Source: Eukaryota sp. TZLM1-RC (lineage: Eukaryota > Protista > Metamonada: BaSk clade). From it: a stretch of 64,000 nucleotides of DNA. Shown piece by piece: positions 12,770-24,417 of this stretch (position 1 is its first letter; each line of letters starts with the position of its first letter). The stretch spans positions 1 to 64,000 of the forward strand of contig JAUPSS010000008.1 of the NCBI GenBank assembly GCA_040285825.1. Reading direction: 5' to 3'. The position numbers were made by a program, and so were the translations under genes. The notes under the pieces were generated by a model that was not told the DNA's origin, did no database searches, and worked only from the letters and a program-made list of their open reading frames with translations.

Positions 12770-14035
12770 AAACTCTTCCATTTACATTTTATTTATTAAT
12801 GATATTATACCCTGTTTTTTAGTGAAAATATCTTACATAACAAATGTTTAGGAACCATAATGATGTTCAGGGATACAATTATCCGCCTGATTGTATTCTG
12901 TTGTCGTTTTTGATCAGTATAAGTCAAATATGTTTTCACCTAAGACCTCTAAAGAGTCTGGGCATGTTTTCTAGAATGCTACGAAATTTGATCCCAGATG
13001 AATCCAATTACACGAAAGATTCTGAAGTAATTCTGAAAGGAAAAACGTCAACACAATCGAAATGATGGGGTTAATGGGTTTTCCACCAGAAAGATTATTG
13101 CTTGAAGTTAATGAAAACTAAATTGCCCAAATCCAGCGAGTTGACTGAATCACCACACTTTTGACAGAACCAAGAATAGAATGGGATGAATGGGATGGCA
13201 GCATAAAGAAAACAATGGAAGAAATTTTGTTAAACAGATGAAATAGCAAAAGATAAGATTCTTGACTTCCGGCCAGATCGAAATCATGTACCTTTTCCGA
13301 AGGAAAACAAGAAATGAAAAGAATATACTTTCAAAAGGCCCACTGCTCCTCAAAGGAGAAGAGAAATTCTGAACAAAGACCATCAAAAATTCTATAAGTA
13401 AGTCAAAGAATCATGTATTTATCAAAACAAAACTGAGAAGGAATGAGAAGAAGAACTAAGACAATCTTCAAAGAAAACTCTAGATCATGAAGAATTCCTA
13501 TATTACTACAAGGCAAAAAACAACTGTTCTCTCCATGTTGGAGCTTTTCACTTTAACAAAGAATTGAGAGTCATGAAACTGCGAAGATTCATGGCCACAG
13601 AGAGGTTTGAAGCAAAATGGATGAATGAACTTGAAAATAAGTTTGGATGTCCAGAAGATAACATTGTAGTGATGAGTGATTGGAGGCAAACCAATTTTGA
13701 ACATCAAGCACCTACAAATAATGTTCGTTATAGAAAAATGTTTAAAAACGTAACTTCCGTCTATTGCCGCTGGATGAATAAAGAACAAGTTGTTGATGTC
13801 ATGCATGTGTACTCGAGGGAAAAGAAGGTGAAAATGTAAAGAAACATCGAGTACCTAACCCAAGACCTTACAGGAGATCAAAAAACCAACGGTCCTTAGA
13901 CATGGATTACTCACTTGAAAGAAGTGTGGACGTCTATGGAATCGTAATATCAATGCTGTTCTTGATATGATTCATGTTGTGAATGAGTATCTCAAAGAAA
14001 ATGAAAGACCTCAAGTTTTGAAAAGATCAACTTGA
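12770..14035 (+). pseudogene. Decayed Fanzor1 (eukaryotic TnpB-like RuvC nuclease); start approximate
   Basis: Reading across frameshifts gives TIE-NDGV (~13053-13073), PQRRREI..KKTLDHEEF..K.KN..KLRRF..NKFGCPEDNIVVMSDW..QAPT..RKMFK, LDE*RTSC*CHAC (13770), PNPRPYR, RHGLLT*KKCGRLWNRNINA and ENERPQVLKRST*. Confidence 0.88.
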
Positions 14036-14105
14036 TTCATTTCGTCTTCATATTCCAGTAATCTCAACAGGTTACTACAATTTGACATTTTTGTGCTATT
14101 TGCTG

Positions 14106-14603
14106 ATGCCCAGACCTGGACACACATGTTTGTTAGCAGTAAATCTTCCAACTGGCTCATTAGAAGATGCTGATAACTATTTCTCACACTGGGGAACAGT
14201 TGAAAACCTGCAACATGCCTACATTGATGATGCCCATCGTTTTCTTATCCAATACGCTACAGAGGAACAGGCACAACGCGCTTACCACGACATTCGTACA
14301 GATCCTATCATTACGGATCACCAGAATAAGTTTTTGAAAAAGCTTTTTGTCCTCCGTTCAAGTGATTTATTTACCCATGTCAAGAAAAAGGTTCCTATAG
14401 CTAAAACCGCTGCTGGCCAGCGACCTTCACTACTTCCGTACACACCTCCTCCCTTCCCAGACCAAGATTACATCAATGAAATTGTATTCTCTTATTCTGA
14501 ACCAAAGAGAAGGGTTAATCAGTTTGGGCAATTATATTCTAGGTTTTATGGACAAGGTGGTATGAATGTATTTTCAGAAAGAGACCGTTATCCACAGTAT
14601 TAA
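14106..14603 (+). CDS. RRM-like RNA-binding protein
   Basis: LLAVNLP..DNYFSHWGTV..FLIQYATEEQAQRA follows the RRM pattern. Confidence 0.6.
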   Translation: MPRPGHTCLLAVNLPTGSLEDADNYFSHWGTVENLQHAYIDDAHRFLIQYATEEQAQRAYHDIRTDPIITDHQNKFLKKLFVLRSSDLFTHVKKKVPIAKTAAGQRPSLLPYTPPPFPDQDYINEIVFSYSEPKRRVNQFGQLYSRFYGQGGMNVFSERDRYPQY

Positions 14604-14625
14604 CTTTTTAAAAAAGAAAAAATAA

Positions 14626-16077
14626 TTATACAAAATCTTTAATATTAAATTGATCCAAATCAAAACCATTGGAAAGATCATTACTTGAGGATAATAATGA
14701 CCAGAATTTCGATGTTTGGGTCAGCCTAGGAATTGTGCTATTAGAATTCACAAAGATAAGTTCATTACATAAATCATGACTTATTTCTTCTCTCTTTCTA
14801 CTATCAAGTTTAATTCTTCTTTGTTTTGTGTTTTTTCTTAAAAATTGTTGAGGCTTATGAGTTCTATTAGTTGGGGTTAATGATTTAGATCTCATCTCGG
14901 CTTTTGGCAAAATTTTTGGATCCGAAAGAAATAAAAACAACTCATTTTTCAAGGCTTTTAATCTTTTCACAATTGATTGCTGGAATGGGTCAGAACTCTC
15001 TGAATTTCCTTCTTTTTTGAACTGATCAACTAAGATTTGAAGTTCTTTAATTTCATCTGTAAGCATGATGCCTTTATGAGATCGTAACGAACTTCTGGTT
15101 CTAAAACCTTTGATTGTCTTTCGAATAACATCAATTTGATTTTGATTGGAGTGATTGTTAACTACTTGCTGTTTCCATTTTTGATTGCTTCTTTTTACTC
15201 CATCACCTTGATTACTAACTGGTTGATTTCCAACTTTTTTCACCCTCTTTACTGTTTCCTTTGACTCTCTTTTTTGTCCTTCACTGATCTTACTATTAAA
15301 ATGCCCGTTTTTCAAACTTGATCTAACAGTTTGCCTATTATGACAACCATCCACGAGTTCATTGATAACTTCATTGAATCTTAATGAAACATTGCCCAGT
15401 AAAGAAGATAAACAAATAACTGAAGGTAATTCAGTTTTAAACTTTATGAAACTCCTTTCCTTTCCAGTAATTGCTGGTTTTGATTGGTCATGTATTTGGT
15501 CATTTTCAAAGATGTGCTGTTCATTAATATGAGAATTAACATGAGAGAAGGTAGAACGAACAGAGGAAACAGATGGTGATGTGGAAGTTTGATTAGAGTT
15601 TGATTGATTGACTGGCAAAATCTCTTCATCTTCATGCCAATGATAACTTCCATCTGAATCGTTCCTATTTTGAACTTCACAAATATTCTGTTCATTGGAC
15701 AAAACTTCAATTTCTGGTGAAGTTACAGGTTCAGGAGAAATAGATATAGATTCCTTGAATTTCCAATGGGAAGGAGGGGAATTCTGAGGGGTAGGTTCTG
15801 GAGAAGAGTGATAATGGATATCGGAGTCAGACACTGAATGATCAGAAAGATGAGAAGGTGGAGAAAAGGTTTGAGTGGTGACAGGGGAGTACAAATGGTC
15901 TGGAACAGTAGCATTTTGAGTGTTTGTAGCTGAAGGAGCAGTGGTGGTGCTAGAACTAGAGTTGGATGAGATTAGCTTATGTTGGCTTATCAGTTGCTTT
16001 AAACGCTCTTGTCGTTCAGCTTGCGCATGTCGTAGTTTTTCCAAACGTTCCAGCAGCACAGAACTCGAAGAATCCAT
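14626..16077 (-). CDS. Hypothetical low-complexity/coiled-coil protein with an IQ-like motif (alternative start 16107)
   Basis: Open frame of about 480 codons. N-terminal coiled coil, Ser/Pro-rich middle, IRKTIKGFRTRSSLR. Confidence 0.7.
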   Translation of the reverse strand: MDSSSSVLLERLEKLRHAQAERQERLKQLISQHKLISSNSSSSTTTAPSATNTQNATVPDHLYSPVTTQTFSPPSHLSDHSVSDSDIHYHSSPEPTPQNSPPSHWKFKESISISPEPVTSPEIEVLSNEQNICEVQNRNDSDGSYHWHEDEEILPVNQSNSNQTSTSPSVSSVRSTFSHVNSHINEQHIFENDQIHDQSKPAITGKERSFIKFKTELPSVICLSSLLGNVSLRFNEVINELVDGCHNRQTVRSSLKNGHFNSKISEGQKRESKETVKRVKKVGNQPVSNQGDGVKRSNQKWKQQVVNNHSNQNQIDVIRKTIKGFRTRSSLRSHKGIMLTDEIKELQILVDQFKKEGNSESSDPFQQSIVKRLKALKNELFLFLSDPKILPKAEMRSKSLTPTNRTHKPQQFLRKNTKQRRIKLDSRKREEISHDLCNELIFVNSNSTIPRLTQTSKFWSLLSSSNDLSNGFDLDQFNIKDFV

Positions 16078-16135
16078 TGATGCTGGAAGGGTTTCAAAAA
16101 AGTGCATTCACTCAAATTTAAACTCAAAATCTCGA

Positions 16136-17365
16136 ATGTTTTCCCTTCTTCTGCTGTTTCTACTTGGATTACCATGCTTATATTATGCTGTAAGAATTTT
16201 TGGCGATGTTCGTTCCTTCTTTTTGTTAGATCTATCCACATATAAACCTCCTCCCGAAAACACTGTGACGAAGTCGCAGTTTATGGAGATCTTAAATTCT
16301 ATGAATGTATTCTCACAAGCATCTCTTGATTTCCAAAGGAAGATCTTGTACCTTTCGGGCCTTGGTGATTCAACAGCATTGCCATCAAACTTCTTTAAGA
16401 CTCCGCCCACATTTAACATGACTGACTGCACTAATTTCACATGCTCCATCATCTTTGAAACAGTCTCAAATCTTTTACAAAAGCTCTCATTTTCTCCTTC
16501 AAATTCCAATATTGATTATGTCATCGTCACTTCTTCCTTCTTCTCTGTAACCCCCACCCTGGCCCATCGCATCATTGATCACTTTTCCCTTCCATCCCTT
16601 CCCATTTCCCTAGTCGGAATGGGATGCGCAGAGAGCTTAATTGCTGTAGATTTAGCCAGAAAATTGCTGAAACAAAGAAGGGGACGTTGTCTTGTCGTTT
16701 CTGTTCAACCAGTTTCTTCTTCATTTTACTTTGGCTCGGACAGGTCAATGTTGATCCCCAATAGTTTGTTTCGCTTGGGGTGTACCGCGTCTCTGTTCAG
16801 CAATTTGATTAAAGATTCCAGACGTGCAAAGTTTTCGTTATCATGTGTACATCGTTCAATCAGTTTGGGTGAATCAATCAAATCATTAGAACTAAAATCA
16901 GATTTTCACGGTCACACAGGTTTTTCTCTATGTCACGATTTATTAGACCACTATTTGAAGGTTATTCGGAAAAACCTGAAATGCGTCGCCCCTAAAGTAT
17001 TTCCAACTCGATATCTACTTTCTTACATACTTCAATTTGTGAAGTTTTTACTTCAACCCACAATCAGATCACCTCCTTCTTGGCCAAGCTTCTCTCTTGG
17101 TGCTGATCACTTCTGCCTTCATGTAGGTGGCAGAGGAGTATTGGATGTTTTAGAGGAAAGTCTTGACCTGAATGAAGACCAACGAGAACCATCTAGAGCT
17201 GTGCTTGAAAGGTATGGGAATGTATCTGGATCAGGAGTTTTCTATGCTTTGGATTATTTGTTAGAGAATAATAAGTTAAGTAGAGGTAGTTCTGTATGGA
17301 TGTTGGGATATGGAGCTGGGTTAGAGTGTGTCAGTGCATATATGAGGTGTAGAAAGGTAGTTTGA
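16136..17365 (+). CDS. FAE1/KCS-type 3-ketoacyl-CoA synthase (very-long-chain fatty acid elongase)
   Basis: N-terminal TM, FQRKI..SGLGDST, GMGC (catalytic Cys), YFGSDRSMLIPNSLFR.G, HFCLHVGGRGVLD and SRAVLERYGNVS. Confidence 0.9.
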   Translation: MFSLLLLFLLGLPCLYYAVRIFGDVRSFFLLDLSTYKPPPENTVTKSQFMEILNSMNVFSQASLDFQRKILYLSGLGDSTALPSNFFKTPPTFNMTDCTNFTCSIIFETVSNLLQKLSFSPSNSNIDYVIVTSSFFSVTPTLAHRIIDHFSLPSLPISLVGMGCAESLIAVDLARKLLKQRRGRCLVVSVQPVSSSFYFGSDRSMLIPNSLFRLGCTASLFSNLIKDSRRAKFSLSCVHRSISLGESIKSLELKSDFHGHTGFSLCHDLLDHYLKVIRKNLKCVAPKVFPTRYLLSYILQFVKFLLQPTIRSPPSWPSFSLGADHFCLHVGGRGVLDVLEESLDLNEDQREPSRAVLERYGNVSGSGVFYALDYLLENNKLSRGSSVWMLGYGAGLECVSAYMRCRKVV

Positions 17366-17759
17366 ACATGTCTTTGTCTTGCGAAGTAATAAAGACCTAG
17401 TTCATTTGTGACTCAAAAATTTTGTTATACATACAATTAAACTGGAGCTCATGCACAAAACATTGTTTGAAGTTGTACTTTGGACAATCAATATTTATGA
17501 ATAATTGAATTAATAATGCTGAACATGAGTTGAGTAACATGTTCAGAGTATGTTTTCCATCCCTATTCCAAAATACACAACTTTATGTTTTCACGTTGTA
17601 GCAGTCCTCTTCATGGGATTAATTTGATAATATCATGTTTCAGATTTTTGTTTCAGTTCTTGAATTTTGCTTTCAGAATGATCAATATCATCATGCCTTT
17701 CAGCAATCTGAAAACGATTTTTTAACCACTTCTTCCTCTTTGACTTGGTTGAATGCATT

Positions 17760-18221
17760 GGGATCTTTCACTTTTACAGTGTAGTTGGTTTTCCACCTCA
17801 ATTGTTTGCAACACACGCAGTTTGTCATTTGCTGGCGCAATACTCACCTATTAAATAAACGTTAATTCCTTTTTAACAATAATTCATGGTGAAATGATTT
17901 CATTTTGATATAGTCAGTCAAGAGCAATTAATTTTTGAAAAATTTTTGAAAACTTATCTTATATTTATTGGACAGAAACCTCGGTTATCAATTGCATGTA
18001 AATAAAAAAGAAATTTGCAATAGGTTTACAGATGTTCTTCTTCACCATTTGCTGTTTCATATTGTATCAGTTTTTGAGTTTTCACTGCATGCAACTCCAA
18101 ACCGTTTGAGTGTAGGTAAAACTCCTCCGTTTCTCTGAACTTTTCTGTTTAAAGTACAGAGGCAGAGTATGAAAGAGCTTAATTTCCTCTTCTTCTAAAC
18201 AATTTTAATATTAAAGCTAAA
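17760..18221. repeat. Dispersed ~0.7-kb repeat Y. This copy continues at 34887-35165; other copies are at ~38550-39260, 40497-40618 + 41722-42330 and 47455-47960
   Basis: Near-identical gtagttggttttcc.cctc...aaagctaaattgaatcgatgaaaaatc in each copy. It is the host site of both LTR insertions. Confidence 0.85.
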
Positions 18222-18349
18222 TGATGCTGTGTGGTTAGACATTGTACAGAATAGAGATAAAAGATAAAGATATTTATTCAATTTCACTGGCCCTTATAAA
18301 GGCCGTCACTAGTGAAGTCTATACTAGACTAATTGTCCACAGTACAACA
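18222..18349 (-). repeat. 3' LTR, subfamily A
   Basis: TG...CA ends. Immediately preceded on minus by the PPT GAGAGGGAAAAGGTAG. Confidence 0.92.
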
Positions 18350-18840
18350 CTACCTTTTCCCTCTCGTAGGTCTCGTACGAGAGCTATAAGAATTAACTGC
18401 AGGGGAATTTGTCTTAGATTTAGAATTGGAATTCATTTTCCGTTTCCTGGTAGAGTGAGGACTAAGGGTTCGCAAATATGATTGGTATGCCTCAGTGCTT
18501 TTGACGTCAGCAACTGGGACAGACGATGTCTCGCCGCCATACCAAACTGCGGTGCAATAAGGAATTTTATTGTCATTCGAGTCTATAAAATCGAAGTGAT
18601 CTACAACCTTAATAATTACAGATTCTTTCATATCACCGGCAGCAATGTTCTTATGCCAATCTATATCTTCTTTAGGGAAGTCAGAGAGGTATAGTTTACA
18701 ATGATTAATACTTGCCGTAGACATCGAACCAGTGACGAGATTCTTGAGTGATAAACTTGGATTGGATTTAACTTCTTCAAAGAGAAAAGGGCCAGCGAAG
18801 CAAGCATGGAGTTTATCATTAGTCTTTAATCGCAAAACTA
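18350..18840 (-). pseudogene. 3' end of integrase (GPF motif plus chromodomain-like tail), subfamily A
   Basis: FAGPFL..IIKVVDHF..YCTAVWYGGETS. Paralogous to 24418-24908 and cut at 18840. Confidence 0.85.
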
Positions 18841-19738
18841 TTTTCTTTAAAATTTAATTTTATTCTAAACCTATAAATCAACATCTAAAAAATCCATCTC
18901 TCCCAAAACAAAAACACTAGATGCAACTCTCTCATAGTGAGATCCAAGAGAAAGCAAAGCATCAGAAACCATCTTCAACATCCCCTTAAAAATAGAAAAC
19001 ACAATTCTATTTTGCCAAAACAATCTGTTGAAATTTCTGCCAGTTCTTCTCTTTACAATCATTTCAAAATCATCCAAAACACGTAAAGCAGTTGGTGCAA
19101 GTGAACCAAAAAGGGAAAATACAAATGGATACAAATTGTATTTTGCATGCTGTAGACTGGCCAATTTGGACAAAGGTTCATTGTATTTTTTTGAATTTAA
19201 AATTTTCAGCATTTGAAAGGGGATTATGAATTTCAGAATTAACAAGCCTTTCATTTGAGGCATTACAAGGATCAACAGACATTACATCCAATAAAATAAA
19301 GCTTCCATCTAATCCAGGTAATATGACATCACCTCTATTATTCTTATGAAAATCATTTTCAGCATCAAACAGATTTGACAACAGAGGTTCCAAGAAGGAT
19401 TCAATTCTATGAGATTTACACATACAATATAACTGGTCTCTTACAGCATCATGAACCTTGCTTCTAAAAGTAATAAAATGTTTACAATTTAACAAATGAG
19501 TAGTTGTAATTTCTCGAGAACATTTACAAATTAAATTATGAGGTAAATTATCAGGCCAGATAAAGGAACGAAATCTCATATTCAGAGTCCAAGCAGAATC
19601 GGATAAGAGAGTACCATAAACTTGTGGAATTGTTGTTACTAAGGCAGAAGAAGTACTGTCACACATATCTTGTAAAAAGATTTGCAAAAGCGGGATTCTT
19701 TTTCTTGGCCAAGCCAAGTCTAACATCAAAATCCAACA
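18841..19738 (-). mobile_element. CRE-like family B 3' fragment
   Basis: Reverse complement of 1050-1948 with the same 5' junction. Its A-rich tail abuts the Gypsy integrase. Confidence 0.85.
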
Positions 19739-21435
19739 TCAGATTTTCCAATTTTGACATTGGAATTTTACCAACCCATAATGCATTAATTTTAGTTTTG
19801 CTTTCCTGTTTTCTGCATGTGTTCGTATATGGCAACGGTAACACTAATTTCTGTACGATTATCAGTCTTTTGATTAGGTCAGTATCTTTTTCAAAATTTA
19901 TGAGCTTTATACATCATTAAAACCAATGTTCATGTCATTCATTTGTTTTTGAATTCCTTTGTTGTTAATCTTTTTACAACATTTGCGACAATTTATACAT
20001 GGTTATCTTGCCTTTGAAATGGAAACGAATGGCGCACTTCACATGAGAAGTTTTCAAGTTTATAAATACAACATGTGTTCTTGATCACATTTTTGGTGTA
20101 AAAAAACATTGTTGCATGAACTTTTACATTGATAAAGAAAAATTATTTTACTTTTTGTTATTTGACAGAAAACAAAAAATAAATTCCAATTTTTTTTACA
20201 GTTTCAGTTTCATTTTGAATGTATTCTAGAAACAGATATCGTTTGTTTGATTTGAATCAAAAGGTGATCGTTTGTATATGGCAACGGTAACGCTATTTTC
20301 TGCACGATTATCATTCTTTTGATTAGGTCAGTATCTTTTTCAAAACTTATGAGCTTTATACATCATTAAAACCAATGTTCATGTCATTCATTTGATTTGA
20401 ATTCCTTTGTTGATAATCTTTTTACAACATTTGCGACAATTTATACATGGTTATCTTGCCTTTGAAAAAAATGGGAAACGAATGGCGCATTTTACAAGAG
20501 AAGTTTTCAAGTTTATAAATACAACATGTGTTCTTGATCACATTTTTGGTGTAAAAAAACATTGTTGCGTGAGCTTTTACATTGATAAAGAAGTTTTTCT
20601 TTTTTTTATTAAACATAAATAAAAAATAAGTTTAAAATTTCATAAATTCAACAAACACTTTTCTTGCAAAATCAGTACACGAAACTAGATGCTCTATTGA
20701 TCAAAAGTACTGCACCAAAAAGCTAAAAACAATTTGTCATAGTTTTCATTTGAAATCCCCATTTCTTATATGACAAAAAAACTCCACACTTGACAATAAA
20801 TCTTTGAATTGTAATATCCATATGAGTGTTTCAAACGCTGTTGAATGTTATTGTGTTTTCACAATTTCTGTGAAAAACATGCTTATGCACAAGTGATACA
20901 AGGCAGGTTTGATACATGAAGAAATGATTTATGTATTCTGTTTCAATGGCAATCTTGAAAACAATAGTGTTGGCAGAAAAGATGATGTATGTACTGAAAA
21001 GAATACTGTCCAGGAAAACTTTATTACGATAGAGTCTTCATCAAGAAGAAAGTACAACGGTGAAGACATCAAGCCAATCCATGAACAATTGAGATCAAAA
21101 GAGTGATTGAGTCAAACGAAACACTTACAATAACCGATAGGTAAAAGATTTACGGAATAGAATTCCAAAATGCGCTAGGCAAGGCTGCTGCACTGATGGC
21201 AATTGTGATGTCTACCCTTCTGCCCCGAAGAATCATGGCACTAAGAGTATAATGTGTTTAAAGTTACAGACGCATCCCAAAGTCGGAGTACGGAAATGAA
21301 AAAAACCGCAGAAGGTTGCTCAGGTTGGAAGATCAGATTTTGGGTCTGGTTTCAAACTTCAGATTTTCCAATTTTGACATTGGAATTTTACCAACCCTTA
21401 ATGCAATTAATTTTGGTTTTGCTTTCCTGTTTTCT
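19739..21435 (-). repeat. Inverted copy of the 1.6-kb macro-repeat unit
   Basis: Reverse complement of 1-1049 plus 1949-2524. Confidence 0.85.
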
Positions 21436-21444
21436 ACATTTTCA

Positions 21445-23049
21445 ATTGATTTTGTATATATTTGAATTAATTGAGTGTATTAATTTTTAAACATTAAATT
21501 GTAAAAAAAGCAAAAAATCAAAAAGTATACAATTGAATGTTGTAAACTAATAAAACAATTGCTGTAAGTGTAAGAGTATCGTATTTGATACGATTTACTG
21601 AGGCTCATATGAAGTTCCTAGTTTCGTATATTGACCAATGGTTGTTTATTACAATCATTGGTCAAATCTTTAAAGTCCATTTTGGGACAATTAATATAAC
21701 AATTGTGGTGTTAAAGTCCGTGCTATGGTCATTTGATTAGTCATTGGTATGATTGGTTGAATGATCATTGGTATGATTAGATGAGTTGCATGTATGTACT
21801 AGATGTGATCAACTTGTGATCAAACTTTGTGTGAAATTGTGTGTTAGTAATGTTGGCTATGTGTTACTTGATCAGTACAAACTCATGATTACTTTTTCAA
21901 ATGATTTTTGTATATATATTTTTTTGTATATATTTGAATTAATTGAGTGTATTAATTTTTTTAAACATTAAATTGTAAAAAAAGTAAAAATCAAAAGTAT
22001 ACAATTGAATGTTGTAAACTAATAAAACAATTGCTGTAAGTGTAAGAGTATCGTATTTGATACGATTTACTGAGGCTCATATGAAGTTCCTAGTTTCGTA
22101 TATTGACCAATGGTTGTTTATTACAATCATTGGTCAAATCTTAAAGTCCATTTTGGGACAATTAATATAACAATTGTGGTGTTAAAGTCCGTGCTATGGT
22201 CATTTGATTAGTCATTGGTATGATTGGTTGAATGGTCATTGGTATGATTAGATGAGTTGCATGCAGTCTTTATGTACTAGATGTGATCAACTTGTGATCA
22301 AACTTTGTGTGAAATTGTGTGTTAGTAATGTTGGCTATGTGTTACTTGATCAGTACAAACTCATGATTACATTTTCAAATGATTTTGTATATATTTGAAT
22401 TAATTGAGTGTATTAATTTTTAAACATTCAATTGTAAAAAAAGTAAAAAATCAAAAAGTATACAATTGAATGTTGTAAACTAATAAAACAATTGCTGTAA
22501 GTGTAAGAGTATCGTTTTTGATACGATTTACTGAGGCTCATATGAAGTTCATAGTTTCGTATATTGACCAATGGTTGTTTATTACAATCATTGGTCAAAT
22601 CTTTAAGGTCCATTTTGGGACAATTAATATAACAATTGTGGTGTTAAAGTCCGTGCTATGGTCATTTGATTAGTCATTGGTATGATTGGTTGAATGGTCA
22701 TTGGTATGATTAGATGAGTTGCATGTAGTCTTTATGTACTAGATGTGATCAACTTGTGATCAAACTTTGTGTGAAATTGTGTGTTAGTAATGTTGGCTAT
22801 GTGTTACTTGATCAGTACAAACTCATGATTACATTTTCAAATGATTTTGTATATATTTGAATTAATTGAGTGTATTAATTTTTAAACATTAAATTGTAAA
22901 AAAAGTAAAAAATCAAAAAGTATACAATTGAATGTTGTAAACTAATAAAACAATTGCTGTAAGTGTAAGAGTATCGTTTTTGATACGATTTACTGAGGCT
23001 CATATGAAGTTCCTAGTTTCGTATATTGACCAATGGTTGTTTATTACAA
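21445..23049. repeat. Tandem satellite, ~462-bp unit, ~3.5 copies
   Basis: tttgaattaattgag recurs at 21461, 21933, 22394 and 22856, with internal gtcattggtatgatt sub-repeats. Confidence 0.92.
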
Positions 23050-23079
23050 CCATTCACAACTATTTTTATCACAACTATT

Positions 23080-23530
23080 TATTATGAACACCTCTGATCT
23101 CTCTCTTCCAGCCAAAATGTCTTCAGCCAACATCAGAATATTTAGAGCAGTATTAGTATCTCGATACCAGAAGGTTTTCATTGTTTACACTGCCTCAAAC
23201 CCCTGTGAACTACTTGTCGATCTTTATAGTTGCCCAATTCATCCAAGGTTTGCCTAATTTTTGATTAATTTTACGGATTCACTTCCTTTTTGTGGACCCT
23301 CGTTTTGAGAGAACCTTTGTTTTCAAAAAGTTTCATGAAACTTTCTCTATCACTGCGGAAGAAGTATTCACCTTGCCGGTTATTTGCACCTTTCCGATGT
23401 TTTAGAAAACCAATTAAAAAATTTTGTTCACCTTGAGTAAATAATTTGAATATCTTTTTTTGGGTACTTTTTTTCTTTGGATATACTGGGAGAATAACCC
23501 ACATTTTGACATCTTGTGCTTTTTCCATAG
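23080..23530 (-). pseudogene. Second Fanzor1 relic (C-terminal zinc finger and RuvC-III)
   Basis: Minus strand reads RQVVHRGLRQCKQ, then after a 1-nt shift KTFWYRDTNTALNILMLAEDILAGRERSEVF. Upstream, NFLIGF..SFMKLFENKG resembles the Fanzor IGFGDW..GFRKLF segment. Confidence 0.75.
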
Positions 23531-23539
23531 CATTAACTT

Positions 23540-24281
23540 TTTGTTCTTCCTTTAATTCATTGAGACCAGAATTTTTGCTGATTTATTGGATGTAGAACCA
23601 GGAATGTTGAAAAATCACTTATTTTCTTCAGCAAATTTGGGTTGTATAGGATTTACTAAATCTTCTTTTTTTGTCAATCAGCTTTTATGGGTGGAGACAA
23701 GAATTATATTTATGATTTTTTTCGTAGATTTCCTGATGATTCTCATTTGTTAGTTCCCAGTTGCAGTCCATATTTGTATGAGTTATTTTGTGAACTTGAT
23801 AGATTGCCACCACAAATTTGGACCAAATCTTTTCCCCAATCAATTCAAGAAATTCCAAACCGATTTCTTTTTAATTTGCAGTTTTGCTGTAAAAAGTTTC
23901 AACAAAAATTGTCAAAGATTTTTGAAAGCTTGGATTTTGATGTCAGACTTGGCTTGGCCAAGAAAAAGAATCCCGCTTTTGCAAATCTTTTACAAGATAT
24001 GTGTGATAGTACTTCTTCTGCCTTAGTAACAACAATTCCTCAAGTTTATTGCACTCTCTTACTTATTCTGCTTGGACTGTGATCATGAGATTTTGTCCCT
24101 TTATCTGGAATGATAATTTACCTCATAATTTAATCTGTAAATGCTCTCGAAAAATTACAATTACTCATTTGTTAAATTGTAAACATTTTATTACTTTTAG
24201 AAGCAAAGTTCATGATGCTGTAAGAGACCAGTTATATTGTATGTGTAAATCTCATAGAATTGAATCCTTTTTGGAACCTCT
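23540..24281 (+). mobile_element. Diverged CRE-like family B fragment, truncated by LTR B
   Basis: LDFDVRLGLAKKKNPAF..CKC..HLLNC..HDAVRD..ESFLEPL, broken at 24281. Confidence 0.8.
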
Positions 24282-24417
24282 TGATGCTCTATCCATATAT
24301 GATAACAAAGAATAAGGAATAATTTATCAGAATTTCACCGGCCCTTATAAAGGCCATCACTAGTGAACTATGTTATATAAATATAAATGTACTAGACTAA
24401 TTGTCCACAGTACAACA
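24282..24417 (-). repeat. Internal 3' LTR, subfamily B (136 bp)
   Basis: Same termini and PPT as LTR A, diverged interior. No 5' partner in the window. Confidence 0.85.

Noticed and set aside
13770-13920. Stop-codon reassignment, suggested by TGA/TAA at Cys/Arg/Tyr positions in the Fanzor relic
   Set aside because: Intact genes end in TGA (IRE1, KCS), TAA (PDCD2, CTSC) and TAG (ComEC-like). The relic also has frameshifts, so these are decay mutations.
15920-16135. N-terminal extension of the KCS ORF
   Set aside because: It is antisense to the neighbouring gene and starts at a non-ATG codon. ATG 16136 gives the expected TM start.
21445-23049. CRISPR-like array
   Set aside because: Whole ~462-bp units repeat, with no unique spacers and no cas genes. 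It is a eukaryotic satellite.
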